The notes: a model not told the origin generated them from the letters alone. DNA of 64,000 nucleotides from an uncultured virus (IMG/VR IMGVR_UViG_3300035696_002359) (IMGVR_UViG_3300035696_002359); one strand, 5' to 3'. Numbered from the stretch's first letter, positions 48,460 to 58,117 are shown. Numbers and translations are program-made.

Positions 48460-50070
48460 ATGGCTCGAATCATAGTCCTTCTTTCTGGATCGGTTGCATC
48501 GGGAAAAAGTACGCTCGGAAATCAGCTCGTTAGTGATTTTGGTGCAATACTCATCAAGACTTGGCAGCTTCTTACCGAAATCGATCCCAATGTAAGTCGC
48601 GATAGGGAGTCGCTCCAGAACCTTGGGGAGAAGCTGGATCAAGAGACGGGGGGGCGGTGGGTTTCAGAGGCTCTTGGCAAGAGCGTATCGCGGTTAGCCG
48701 ATGACGCGATTATCGCTGTCGATTCTGTACGCATTCTTGCGCAAATTGATTGCGTCCGGAAGGGCTTCGGATCGAAGGTGGTCCACGTTCACTTGGAAGC
48801 CACGGAGGAGGACCGTAGCAAGCGCTACGCAGGAAGAAAGCGAAAGGATATCAAGGAATTAGAGACCTACGCGGAGGTTCTAAAAAATGCGACCGAAAGA
48901 GACGTTCCGTCGCTCCGTGAGAAAGCAGACATAGTTATCGACACAACTCGATCTGACGAGAGAGACGTATTGATACGGGCGGCGAGTCATCTTGGCCTCT
49001 ACGGACGCGGTTGCCACAAGGTTGTCGATGTACTTGTAGGTGGGCAATATGGCAGTGAAGGAAAGGGCCAAGTGGCCGCGTACTTGTCAAAAGAGTACGA
49101 CGTGCTCGTTCGCGTAGGCGGGCCAAACGCTGGCCACAAGGTTTACAAAAGTGATGGTGAGGACACCTTTCATATTTTGCCTTCCGGAAGTCGGGTTAGC
49201 ACCGCAGAGCTTATGCTGGGACCAGGAGCCGTGATTGACGTTGAGACGTTACTAAAGGAAATCAACGCTCTCCAAATCGAGCCAGAGCGTCTTACCGTCG
49301 ATCCCTATGCCATCATCATTACCGACGAGGACAAGGCGGTGGAGACACGGCTTGTCGAAGAAATCGGCTCTACTGGCCAGGGCGTTGGCGCTGCGACTTC
49401 ACGGAGGATAATGCAAAGGGACGGAAGTGTACGCCTCGCGAAAGACACGAAGGAACTAGAACCGTATGTTCGTCCGGCGTGGATTAGGCTCGAAGAGAAG
49501 ATGCGAGACCCACGAGTTCGTGTTTTCTTAGAGGGAACTCAAGGCACCGCGCTTAGCCTATATCACGGGCCGTACCCACATGTCACTTCACGGGACACGA
49601 CGGTTTCAGGCTGTCTTGCTGAAGCCGGAATCTCACCGGGACATGTTCGTCGCACGATCATGGTCACTCGCACCTTGCCGATACGTGTTGAGAGCCCAAA
49701 AGGCAAAGGAAAGACTTCGGGGCCGATGAAGCAGGAGCTGACATATAGGCAAGTCGCTGATCGATGCCATCTCGCCGAAGTCGATATTCGCAAGACTGAG
49801 CTAACCTCAACCACGCACAAACCTCGGCGGCTCGGTGAATTTGACTGGGAGCTCTTCAGGAAGTCGGTCTTTTTGAATTCCCCAACTGACGTCGCTTTGA
49901 CGTTTGTCGATTATATCGACGCAGTTAACAGGAACGCCAGGCGTTTTGATCAGTTAACTCCAGAAACGTTGCGGTTTATTGAGGAAATCGAGCAAGTCGC
50001 AAACGCGCCTGTTTCGCTTATTTCTACGAGATTTCACTACCGCAGCATCATTGACCGACGCAACTGGTAA
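48460..50070 (+). CDS. NMP-kinase-like P-loop domain fused to an adenylosuccinate-synthetase-family (PurZ0-like) domain
   Basis: GSVASGKST, RESLQNLG, DSVR; then GGQYGSEGKG, GGPNAGH, LPSG, GSTGQGVG, EGTQG, HGPYPHVTSRD, TTHKPRRLG, LTFVDY. Confidence 0.88.
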   Translation: MARIIVLLSGSVASGKSTLGNQLVSDFGAILIKTWQLLTEIDPNVSRDRESLQNLGEKLDQETGGRWVSEALGKSVSRLADDAIIAVDSVRILAQIDCVRKGFGSKVVHVHLEATEEDRSKRYAGRKRKDIKELETYAEVLKNATERDVPSLREKADIVIDTTRSDERDVLIRAASHLGLYGRGCHKVVDVLVGGQYGSEGKGQVAAYLSKEYDVLVRVGGPNAGHKVYKSDGEDTFHILPSGSRVSTAELMLGPGAVIDVETLLKEINALQIEPERLTVDPYAIIITDEDKAVETRLVEEIGSTGQGVGAATSRRIMQRDGSVRLAKDTKELEPYVRPAWIRLEEKMRDPRVRVFLEGTQGTALSLYHGPYPHVTSRDTTVSGCLAEAGISPGHVRRTIMVTRTLPIRVESPKGKGKTSGPMKQELTYRQVADRCHLAEVDIRKTELTSTTHKPRRLGEFDWELFRKSVFLNSPTDVALTFVDYIDAVNRNARRFDQLTPETLRFIEEIEQVANAPVSLISTRFHYRSIIDRRNW

Positions 50071-50074
50071 TTGC

Positions 50075-50719
50075 ATGAAAGGGCTCGCCTTGCCATTTAC
50101 GCTCTTACGTTTTGCAGCGACTCGACCCTACCTATACCACTTGACGAGTCGCCGTAACTTCGAGTGGCTGCTTCGTGGCCGAGTCATGCACAGCACGGCG
50201 GAACTCCTCAGGGCGTCGGGCAATGAGCAGTGGCTCACTCGAAAGCGGCCCGAAACGGTGACGGTTACAGTGGATGACAGGCTGATCGACCTTCGCGACC
50301 AGCAGCCTCTCTACTCCGGAAAAACGCTTTTGGAAAATGGTTGGACATTTGAGCGTTTGGTTCAGCGACTAAACGAACGAGTGTTCTTTTGGCCGGGTGT
50401 AATAGAAGGTCCTGTTTCGTCCGGGCGACGTCACTATGAGCGGTACGCGGGAGAATCGCCCGTGATTATGCGAGTCAAGACAGAGGATCTCCTTAGCGCG
50501 AACGCATGTGCCACCCCGCTTTTCTGTAAGTACAACTCCGGTTCCCCAAGAACAACGCAGGGAAGGGGTAGTCCGAGAGGCGACAACACTTTCATCGAGT
50601 GCCATCGTGCAGCCTATTCAGCAAGCAACGTTGTCGAAGTGACGTTTCTGCATTCCGTTAAGCTGCCGCAAGCCATCGAGTCTTCCGACAAGCCCAGTGG
50701 ACCGTGGAAAAGCCATTGA
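50075..50719 (+). CDS. DarT-like / DUF7002-like putative ADP-ribosyltransferase-fold protein
   Basis: YLYHLTSRRN, LRDQQPL, LNERVFFW, YNSG, VVEVT; starts 4 bp after the previous stop. Confidence 0.55.
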   Translation: MKGLALPFTLLRFAATRPYLYHLTSRRNFEWLLRGRVMHSTAELLRASGNEQWLTRKRPETVTVTVDDRLIDLRDQQPLYSGKTLLENGWTFERLVQRLNERVFFWPGVIEGPVSSGRRHYERYAGESPVIMRVKTEDLLSANACATPLFCKYNSGSPRTTQGRGSPRGDNTFIECHRAAYSASNVVEVTFLHSVKLPQAIESSDKPSGPWKSH

Positions 50720-51209
50720 GCCGGCGGGACGCCTTTCGCCGAAGTATCCATGAACTCGCAGGAACTCAATATCACTCTGGACGGTACGAAGATAGGGCGG
50801 CAAGGATGCTTGGCCGGACTGACCATTAGGCCCGCTGGTGTTTCATCAAGTGATACCTATTCTCGGACATCCCAATACGTGACCGTCTTCTCAGAGCGAA
50901 GTGCCGTCGATCCCAATCGTGGCGCGCGTCGGTCATATTGACGAATGGCACTAGCTTGCCTTTGGGAAGGGACGTGGAGCCAAGTGGAAGCGAATGGGGT
51001 AATCGCCAAGAAATGGGGTAATGAGTGCGGTTCCATTATCGCCACGTCATCATGCTACTCCTCCCTGATCCTATTATCGAAGATTGCTGCCAAGACTTTA
51101 GAACTCAAAGGTTCGGCGGCCTAAGAAAAAAGCCCCGTTTTTTTCCGGGGCTCCCCACAATTTCGTGTTTTTCGGCTCAAAAATTGGGCCGAGGACACTA
51201 CTATATGGT

Positions 51210-52994
51210 ATGGACTCTTCAGTATATAGTAGTAACGCAACCAACAAATCTGCACGGAAAAGAAAGAAAAATCCGGTTTCCCAACTGGCACTCGATTCTT
51301 TCGAGGCTTTCAAACCGTTCATCAACATCTTCGATCCTGGGACCAAGGACTGGGCTGGCACCGTCGTCCACACCATCACCAGGGAAGATTGGCGGCTTTT
51401 CCGCCGCTACAAAGACGGCGAACGGAACCTGACCTATCTCGATGGTCGGGAGTTCAAGCCAGGACGGGACATCGTCCAGAATATCTACGGCCCGCGCCAC
51501 GTTCATCGCCATATCGACGGGGGCGAAGTCAGTTATTACACCTCGGGCAAGAATGGGCTGGCCTTGGCCTATCTCGACATCGACGCCCATCATCCGTGGC
51601 AGACCGACGAATATCGAGCCAAAGCCGTCCTTGAAGAGTTGTTCCCCTTCGGCTACTTTCGGTGTTCTCGAAGAGGTCAGAACGGCTACCTGAAGATTCG
51701 GTACAACACACCAGAAGAATTCAACGACTTGGCGGATCGGTTGGAGAAGACGCTGGCTCGACTGTTTCTGAGCCGCGGCATCCTGTGCGACATCGAGATC
51801 AAGGGGACCATCACCACCGGCCAGAAATCGGGCAGTCTTGCAAAACCTCCGTTCACAACCAATTATCCGTGCCACAGACGGGATGAGACCGACAGTTGGA
51901 ACTATCCACAATTGGAGAAGTTCAAGGCTTGCCCCGTCGTCAATCTTCGTCGAATCGAGTGCATCATTGGACAGATCGAGATCGACGAAGAGAAGGCGGC
52001 TGCCTTCGCCAAAGTGAAGAAGCGGTTGGACGAGGAACACAAAGTCAGGACGGCGAAGCCTGCTCCGTCGCCCCCATCACCGACCATTCTAAAGCCCGTG
52101 GTGAAGAACCAGCCCAAACCATCTTTGACACAGTGTTCTCTTCGGCTCAAGATGGACCTGTCACCCCAGGGTTCGGACGACGCATTTCGTCGAAACCTTG
52201 AAGATATTCGTCTGTTTGCGCGGGCTTTTTTCTCCGAACACCGCCGTTTTCCGACGACCGAAGAGGCTTTGGAGTGGCTGAGGGACAACAAACGGTACTC
52301 CGGCGAATGGGAAGACAACGTCAATCGTCGCGCCAAACGGGTCGAGCAAATCCTTCAGTTCACCGAGCGGACGTTTGATCCTGACCTGTTGGCCAAGGGG
52401 GAAAATCCATCGGTATCGCTGGAATTGGGTCGGTTCAGTTGGTGGGTTCGGCAGAAGTGTGGCTCGACGATGATAAGGCAGGTGGCGGACATCAGTCGAT
52501 TTGACGCCGAAACCATGCAGGCGCCGACCACCACAATCTCGGTTCCAGCCAAATTCGTCGAGACCTTCCTGACTGTGGCTCATTTCTGCCTTTCAACCGA
52601 CCCCTTGTCCAATCGCGCGGTCCCAACGAATCGGATCAAGAAGATTTGGGGAATGGTCAAAGATGGAGCAGCTTGGAATCAGAAATACTTCCAAGTTGTT
52701 CGGGATCGGTTGAATCGGATGGGGATCATTTCGATCTTCGATAGGCAACATCATGCTGGAAAGGCATGGAGATGGTCAGTTGGAAACTCCTTCCCTGAAC
52801 ACAGTTGGAAAGAAGACCAGCGAAAGCTCAAGGAAGAGCTTCGACTGCCAGCAGAACTGGCCAAGAGCTTCGAGGAGATCGTGGCCGTTGATAGTGATAA
52901 TGATAACAACAACTTACATAACACCCTATACCACGACGAGGCTCAGATTTCAGCCGTTTCCGAGCCAGACGAGCAGGTCCGACCTCCTCCATAA
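51210..52994 (+). CDS. Large hypothetical protein, candidate AEP/primase-like Rep
   Basis: AYLDIDAH (DxD), SRRGQNGY (motif II-like but without the usual His), Pro-rich linker, helical C-terminus. Confidence 0.45.
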   Translation: MDSSVYSSNATNKSARKRKKNPVSQLALDSFEAFKPFINIFDPGTKDWAGTVVHTITREDWRLFRRYKDGERNLTYLDGREFKPGRDIVQNIYGPRHVHRHIDGGEVSYYTSGKNGLALAYLDIDAHHPWQTDEYRAKAVLEELFPFGYFRCSRRGQNGYLKIRYNTPEEFNDLADRLEKTLARLFLSRGILCDIEIKGTITTGQKSGSLAKPPFTTNYPCHRRDETDSWNYPQLEKFKACPVVNLRRIECIIGQIEIDEEKAAAFAKVKKRLDEEHKVRTAKPAPSPPSPTILKPVVKNQPKPSLTQCSLRLKMDLSPQGSDDAFRRNLEDIRLFARAFFSEHRRFPTTEEALEWLRDNKRYSGEWEDNVNRRAKRVEQILQFTERTFDPDLLAKGENPSVSLELGRFSWWVRQKCGSTMIRQVADISRFDAETMQAPTTTISVPAKFVETFLTVAHFCLSTDPLSNRAVPTNRIKKIWGMVKDGAAWNQKYFQVVRDRLNRMGIISIFDRQHHAGKAWRWSVGNSFPEHSWKEDQRKLKEELRLPAELAKSFEEIVAVDSDNDNNNLHNTLYHDEAQISAVSEPDEQVRPPP

Positions 52995-53167
52995 CCTTCC
53001 AGTCTTCTTTTCAGACAATTTCACGATTGAAACCAGCCTCATCAAGACCTGGTTCCGAAGATCCTCTGCAATTTCCTCTTCTTCCGAGCCAATTGGCTAG
53101 GTGTTTCCCGTTCGTGCGGACCATCTGGTTGGAGTGACTTACCAACCACACCAACGGAAACACGACA

Positions 53168-53479
53168 ATGCCGACCCAAATCGCACTACCGACCTTCAGA
53201 GACGCCGACCTCTCGCCAGAAGAGTTTTCGGCCCAATGGGGAGGCGATCCCGTCTACATGAAGGCGCCCAATCTCCCTGGCGATGGGTATCTGTTCTACA
53301 ACTTTTCAGTGGAACAGGATGATCCCGACTTTCTCCGGCAATTCATTCCGGCCATTGAACGGACCATCCAATTCGTCGAGCGGAATCCCAATCGCTTTCC
53401 GCCCGCGAACGAGGATGCCGCTGATCTGCAAGAGTTCTTGGAGTACGTCAAGGGGCTTCTGGCAGAAGAGGAGGAATAG
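53168..53479 (+). CDS. Hypothetical protein
   Basis: First of a long co-oriented small-gene array. Confidence 0.6.
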   Translation: MPTQIALPTFRDADLSPEEFSAQWGGDPVYMKAPNLPGDGYLFYNFSVEQDDPDFLRQFIPAIERTIQFVERNPNRFPPANEDAADLQEFLEYVKGLLAEEEE

Positions 53480-53482
53480 AAG

Positions 53483-53797
53483 ATGAAACGACCTCGGACC
53501 CGCAAGATCGTCATGACGGTGTACTGCCTCGAACAGGATGCTGAGAACGTGGAACGGCAACTCCTCGACGATTTCTTCGCAGGAAATAGCACTTCCCTGG
53601 CCAACATCAAAGTTGAGGTTCTCGAACCGACGCCAGAGGAGGAGAGGGAAGCGTGCGATAGCTTGGACCTGATTCTGGAAGACGAGATCGACCCGTCCGA
53701 GTGGACCGTCGAAGATTGCGTCAACTTCATCGAAACGACATTCGGCAAGAGTATTCTTGTTGGCGCCATGCACGAAATCTCCAACGACGATGTTTGA
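53483..53797 (+). CDS. Hypothetical acidic protein
   Basis: GAGGAGG RBS; tightly packed. Confidence 0.6.
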   Translation: MKRPRTRKIVMTVYCLEQDAENVERQLLDDFFAGNSTSLANIKVEVLEPTPEEEREACDSLDLILEDEIDPSEWTVEDCVNFIETTFGKSILVGAMHEISNDDV

Positions 53798-54041
53798 GGG
53801 CTGGCGGAACGAGGTTCGTCGTCGGACCGAAGAGAAGTAGGCCAAATCACCGACTTCTCGCGCGCTCCTTCGTTTCTTCGGACGTTGGAAGCTGTCTAAC
53901 GTCTCCTCCTTGAGTCCGGTCTTCCTTGCCCCGCCCCGCCACGTTGGCTGGACCAAGCCGGTTGGCATCGACGGCAGACAAACTGTTTCTTGCCCTCCGT
54001 CTTGCCGTGGCGGTTCTGTAATGCAGAAAGGGAGCAAGCGA

Positions 54042-54314
54042 ATGCGAAGCGTCATTTATGCAGCCACCCGTTGCGGCTACTGCGTTCAAGTCATCGACGG
54101 TGGTGAGATCGTCTACGAATACGCAGCGGGCAACCACAAAAGGGAATCGCAGACCTTTGTGGACCCCCGTTCCCCCAACGCCGTCAAGTTGTCCCAACTC
54201 AGGCGCTGGGCCAAACAAACCGCGGACCAGATCGCAGAGGAGCGAGGGGTTCCAACGAACCTGGTCGAATATGATCCCGACCTCGAAACCCAATTGGATG
54301 CAATTCCATGTTGA
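54042..54314 (+). CDS. Hypothetical protein
   Basis: GGGAG RBS; overlaps the next ORF. Confidence 0.55.
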   Translation: MRSVIYAATRCGYCVQVIDGGEIVYEYAAGNHKRESQTFVDPRSPNAVKLSQLRRWAKQTADQIAEERGVPTNLVEYDPDLETQLDAIPC

Positions 54315-54988
54315 TGACCACACACAAGCCGTTCGTTCCCAACGCCGTCTTCATCCCGATGACAGACGAGAAAGAAGGCAGGGATTTCGACCGGGAGGAC
54401 TGCACGCTTCTCTTCGTTGACGGCGAGTTCAGCTACGGCAACGTGTTCACCGAGGCGGCGTGGAAGAGCGACGGCGAACCAACCTACATCCAGCGCCGTG
54501 GCGACTTCTTCCTACCCGATGATTCCGCGATTCCGACTGGCAGGGTGCAACTCTTGCCGGATGTCTGCATCGTCAAGGTTCCAGATCGGGAGTATTGGTG
54601 CGAAGCGGTTCAGAAGCTCACAACCAGAATCTTCGCCGTCTATGCTTTGGACCGACGGCAACACCATTACCTCTGCGAGATGTGTGCCTCTTATGAACTG
54701 TGGTTTATCGAGCATCAATACGAGCCGACCGAAGAGGTGGACCAGGACGACGACAAGCGGGAGGAACTGAACGAACTGATTTTGGACGGCAGTCGTTACG
54801 AAGAGCGAGTCGTCTATGAACATCGTTGCGATGTTGACCCGATGTTCGGTCGTGGCCGTCGCTGTCGTCCTGGCTGGTTGCCAAAAGGTGACAAGGGCGG
54901 CGGATACCGTCTGAGAGGACTGCGTTCTGTGACGTGGGATGGCGTCATGGAAGAGATTGGCGAACTGCTATGCAACTCGTACATCTGA
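54308..54988 (+). CDS. Hypothetical protein (paralog of 58812-59279)
   Basis: VYALDRRQHHYLCEMCASY motif shared with the downstream paralog. Confidence 0.65.
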   Translation: MLMTTHKPFVPNAVFIPMTDEKEGRDFDREDCTLLFVDGEFSYGNVFTEAAWKSDGEPTYIQRRGDFFLPDDSAIPTGRVQLLPDVCIVKVPDREYWCEAVQKLTTRIFAVYALDRRQHHYLCEMCASYELWFIEHQYEPTEEVDQDDDKREELNELILDGSRYEERVVYEHRCDVDPMFGRGRRCRPGWLPKGDKGGGYRLRGLRSVTWDGVMEEIGELLCNSYI

Positions 54989-55001
54989 GGAGATTCTCGA
55001 A

Positions 55002-55199
55002 ATGGCTGCCGACGTACTGATCGAAAATCACGGCTCCGTGGCAGTGTTCACGCCGATGACGCCTGACGCTCACCAATGGGTCGAAGAGTATGTCCACGTC
55101 GAACCGTGGCAACGAATGGGATGTTCAATCGCCTGTGAGCCTCGTTGTTTGGGACCACTCATCGAAGGAATGCAGCAAGACGGTTTGGTCGTCGAGTAG
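55002..55199 (+). CDS. Small hypothetical protein
   Basis: GAGGAG RBS; IENHGSV..EPR. Confidence 0.6.
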   Translation: MAADVLIENHGSVAVFTPMTPDAHQWVEEYVHVEPWQRMGCSIACEPRCLGPLIEGMQQDGLVVE

Positions 55200-55270
55200 G
55201 TGCCGCATCGTTCGGACCACACCGCATACCGTCGAATGACAAACTAACCAACCGATTCAGGAGAGTAATC

Positions 55271-56218
55271 GTGGCAACTCAAGAAGAAATCCGGCAGTCC
55301 ATCACCGACAGCATTGCGTCAGCCCTCAAGAGCGATTCCGTCTTGCCCTGGAGGCGCCCGTGGGGAATTAGTCCCAACAGCGGTTTCCCGACCAACGTAG
55401 TGTCGAAAAGGCGGTACAGCGGCGTGAACGTGCTTCTGCTTCGCATGGCCGCAATGACTCACGGGTTCACCAGCAAGTATTGGGCAACATTCAATCAGTG
55501 GCGCGAACTCGGCGGCAAGGTCATGCGTCGGCCCGAGAACGTCAAGCCAGGACATTGGGGGCAGACCATCGTTTTCTTCACTCGGATCACCAAGACGGAA
55601 GTGGACCCAGTCACCGGCCAGGAAGAGGAAACGTCCTTCCCGCTCCTCAAGACGTATTGTGTGTTCAACGTCGATCAGGTCGAAGGACCGTTCGATCATT
55701 TGCGAGTGAAGGAGGAGTTGCTCGCGGTCAATGCGGACTTCGTGGACTACTATCCCGCTGAGGAGACGATCAAAGCCACCGCCGCAGACATTCGCTTCGG
55801 CGGGGACCACGCCTTCTACAATCGCCGGGATGACAGCATCCTCTGCCCGCCGAAGCATCGGTTTGAGAAGGAAAGCCAATACTACGGCACGATTTTCCAC
55901 GAACTGGCGCACTGGACCGGCCACGAAAGCCGCCTCAATCGAGCCGACAAACTTGCCCGTTTTGGCGACAAGTCGTATGCGGAAGAGGAATTGGTGGCCG
56001 AAATGGGATCGTGTTTCACCCTCGCCACCCTGGGTGTTCCCCAGACGGATGATATGTCAAACCACAAGGCTTACGTCGCCAACTGGCTCGAAGCTTTGAA
56101 CAAAGACAGCCGCTTCATTTTTCGTGCTGCCAGTGCCGCCAGCAAAGCCGCCGATTACGTCCTTTCGTTCGCGCCGCAGTTCCAGCATGAGCCAGACCTT
56201 GCAGAAGTCCCCTTCTGA
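55271..56218 (+). CDS. ardC: ArdC-family ssDNA-binding anti-restriction protein with zincin-like domain
   Basis: PWRRPW, RRYSGVNVLLL, WATFNQW, VFNVDQ, YYGTIFHELAHWTGH, YAEEELVAEMGS, YVANWL. Confidence 0.92.
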   Translation: MATQEEIRQSITDSIASALKSDSVLPWRRPWGISPNSGFPTNVVSKRRYSGVNVLLLRMAAMTHGFTSKYWATFNQWRELGGKVMRRPENVKPGHWGQTIVFFTRITKTEVDPVTGQEEETSFPLLKTYCVFNVDQVEGPFDHLRVKEELLAVNADFVDYYPAEETIKATAADIRFGGDHAFYNRRDDSILCPPKHRFEKESQYYGTIFHELAHWTGHESRLNRADKLARFGDKSYAEEELVAEMGSCFTLATLGVPQTDDMSNHKAYVANWLEALNKDSRFIFRAASAASKAADYVLSFAPQFQHEPDLAEVPF

Positions 56219-56237
56219 GGTTGGTGGTGTGGTGTTG

Positions 56238-56280
56238 CACGGGGCGGTGGCTCGTAGCCATCGCCCCGTGTGGATTTTTG
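56238..56280 (+). terminator. Strong hairpin after ardC
   Basis: CACGGGGCGGTGGCT-CGT-AGCCATCGCCCCGTG (15-bp stem, one G-U pair), then TGGATTTTTG. Confidence 0.55.
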
Positions 56281-56323
56281 TGGACCGCCTCTTCCATCGT
56301 AACAACAACCAACAACGGAGATT

Positions 56324-56944
56324 ATGACCATGACCACCACACTTGTTCAACTGGACCTGAAATCAGCCGCAAAGGAAGCGGCAGGGAATTGGCGAACCTT
56401 CGGGTCAAACTTTTCGTGGTATCGCAAGTACGACCTTGAATCGCCGGAAGACTGGGCGATCTTCTACACCCATCATCGTGACTCGGACCTTCTGGAACTC
56501 AGCAACGCAGAGGTTATCAGAGAAGCGATGCAGCCCTTTTCGGAGGGCGACAATCCCGATGTGGTGTTTGAGTCCCATGATAGCTGGGCGGTTGGCCACG
56601 TCGATGGCCTTTCCGTCCTCGTGTTTCGCCGTGGAAGAATCACCAAAGCCTTTCGGACCTACCACAAACTGACGTTGAGGCTCGCCGATTACCCCATCCT
56701 CGACGAAGACGATTATTCGACTCGTGTGTACGAAGCGACCCTCGAAAACATCGCCGATTCCGCGCGGCGATTGAAACGGGAATACGATTTGCCGTCGGAT
56801 TGGACGTTTGAGGTCTACCGCTGGCTATCGGACCACGATTGTTCGGAAATCGAGAACGACGACGACCGTGGAGGTTATCCGAGCGAAGAATGGGTGCGTC
56901 GGGCGTTCACGGCTTTGGGATACAAGCGGACCGAAGAGGAGTAA
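56324..56944 (+). CDS. Hypothetical protein
   Basis: GGAG RBS; RDSDLLELSN..WAVGHV..LADYPILDEDDYS. Confidence 0.7.
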   Translation: MTMTTTLVQLDLKSAAKEAAGNWRTFGSNFSWYRKYDLESPEDWAIFYTHHRDSDLLELSNAEVIREAMQPFSEGDNPDVVFESHDSWAVGHVDGLSVLVFRRGRITKAFRTYHKLTLRLADYPILDEDDYSTRVYEATLENIADSARRLKREYDLPSDWTFEVYRWLSDHDCSEIENDDDRGGYPSEEWVRRAFTALGYKRTEEE

Positions 56945-56946
56945 TC

Positions 56947-57297
56947 ATGAGCAACAAAGAGAATCCATCTGCTGGCCATCTGATTGAGGCGTCCAAGTTG
57001 GCGGTGTTCCTCCCTGATGACCAACGCCCTGCCTTCGACGAGTGCTTGGGGGAACGCGATTTCGATACGGCCCTTTCGATGCTGGACCGGGCCATCCCCA
57101 ATGGTGTGGCATGTCCAACTCAGATTTTCATCCTTAGCGAGACAGACACCGGAGATGCGGACTTGGAGCAGGATACTCCCTATGCCTATTTCGACGAGGA
57201 AGACCTGTACGAGATGCGAGAGAAGCCGGACCTGATTCGGCTTCGAGAGAAAATCGGAGAAGCCCCGGCTGCCCATTCTTGGACGATCTGGGGCTGA
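56947..57297 (+). CDS. Hypothetical protein
   Basis: GAGGAG RBS; tightly packed. Confidence 0.6.
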   Translation: MSNKENPSAGHLIEASKLAVFLPDDQRPAFDECLGERDFDTALSMLDRAIPNGVACPTQIFILSETDTGDADLEQDTPYAYFDEEDLYEMREKPDLIRLREKIGEAPAAHSWTIWG

Positions 57298-57326
57298 TCC
57301 ACACACCACACAACAGAGGTTTCGTC

Positions 57327-58091
57327 ATGGGACTCACCATCCACTGGTCTTTTCAGGGACCGCAAAAGAAATCCGAAGCGACGGCCATCATCGAAAAGAT
57401 GCGGCAGCGGGCAATGGACCTGCCGTTCGAGTCAGTCGGCGACATCGTTCACTTCAAGGGCGAGCAAGCCCAGTTTGACCACGATCCACCCAACGGTGAG
57501 TACACTTGGCTCAAAATCCAAGCGCGCGAAACCATCTGGAGCCAAGATGGCAGGACCGGCTGGGATTGTCCTGCCCAAGAGATCGTTGGTTTTCAGATCG
57601 ACGTGGCCCCCGGAAGCGAGTGGATGGAGATCTTTCTGGCGACGTATCCCAAGACGATCCAGATCGCGGATGAGCGGACCAGAAGGCTGAAACGACTTCG
57701 CACCAACCTTGCTGCTTGCTCTGGCCGCGGATTCTGCAAGACCCAGTATGCCAGCGATGCCCGTTGCGGTGGCGTTCCCAACTTCCTTCGGGCACACCTT
57801 TCCGTCTGCCGCCTCTTGGACCACGCCAGGGAACTGGGCATCTTGAAGGAAGTGTCTGACGAGGGGCACTTCTTCGAGAACCGAGACATTCCCGCCTTAG
57901 TCAACACGATTGCCGATTGGAACGCATTCATCGCCGCTGGGACCGGCGCCTTCGATGAACTTGTCGGCAGCAAGGCGGTGGCCCCAATCAAGGAGTTCCC
58001 CGATTTCGAGCATCTTGAAGCAGAAGGTCAGGACCAAATCGAGGGATTCCTTCGGTGGATCAAGGAAAGGCAACTGGCGGCCAGCAGGTAA
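57327..58091 (+). CDS. Hypothetical protein
   Basis: MGLTIHW..FCKTQYAS..FLRAH..VSDEG. Confidence 0.7.
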   Translation: MGLTIHWSFQGPQKKSEATAIIEKMRQRAMDLPFESVGDIVHFKGEQAQFDHDPPNGEYTWLKIQARETIWSQDGRTGWDCPAQEIVGFQIDVAPGSEWMEIFLATYPKTIQIADERTRRLKRLRTNLAACSGRGFCKTQYASDARCGGVPNFLRAHLSVCRLLDHARELGILKEVSDEGHFFENRDIPALVNTIADWNAFIAAGTGAFDELVGSKAVAPIKEFPDFEHLEAEGQDQIEGFLRWIKERQLAASR

Positions 58092-58117
58092 AGGAAGACC
58101 TAGAAAGGAGAAATGCC

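Noticed and set aside
48460..50070. Housekeeping purA
   Set aside because: The catalytic Asp is replaced by Ser, a kinase domain is fused, and the context is a defence island rather than purine metabolism.
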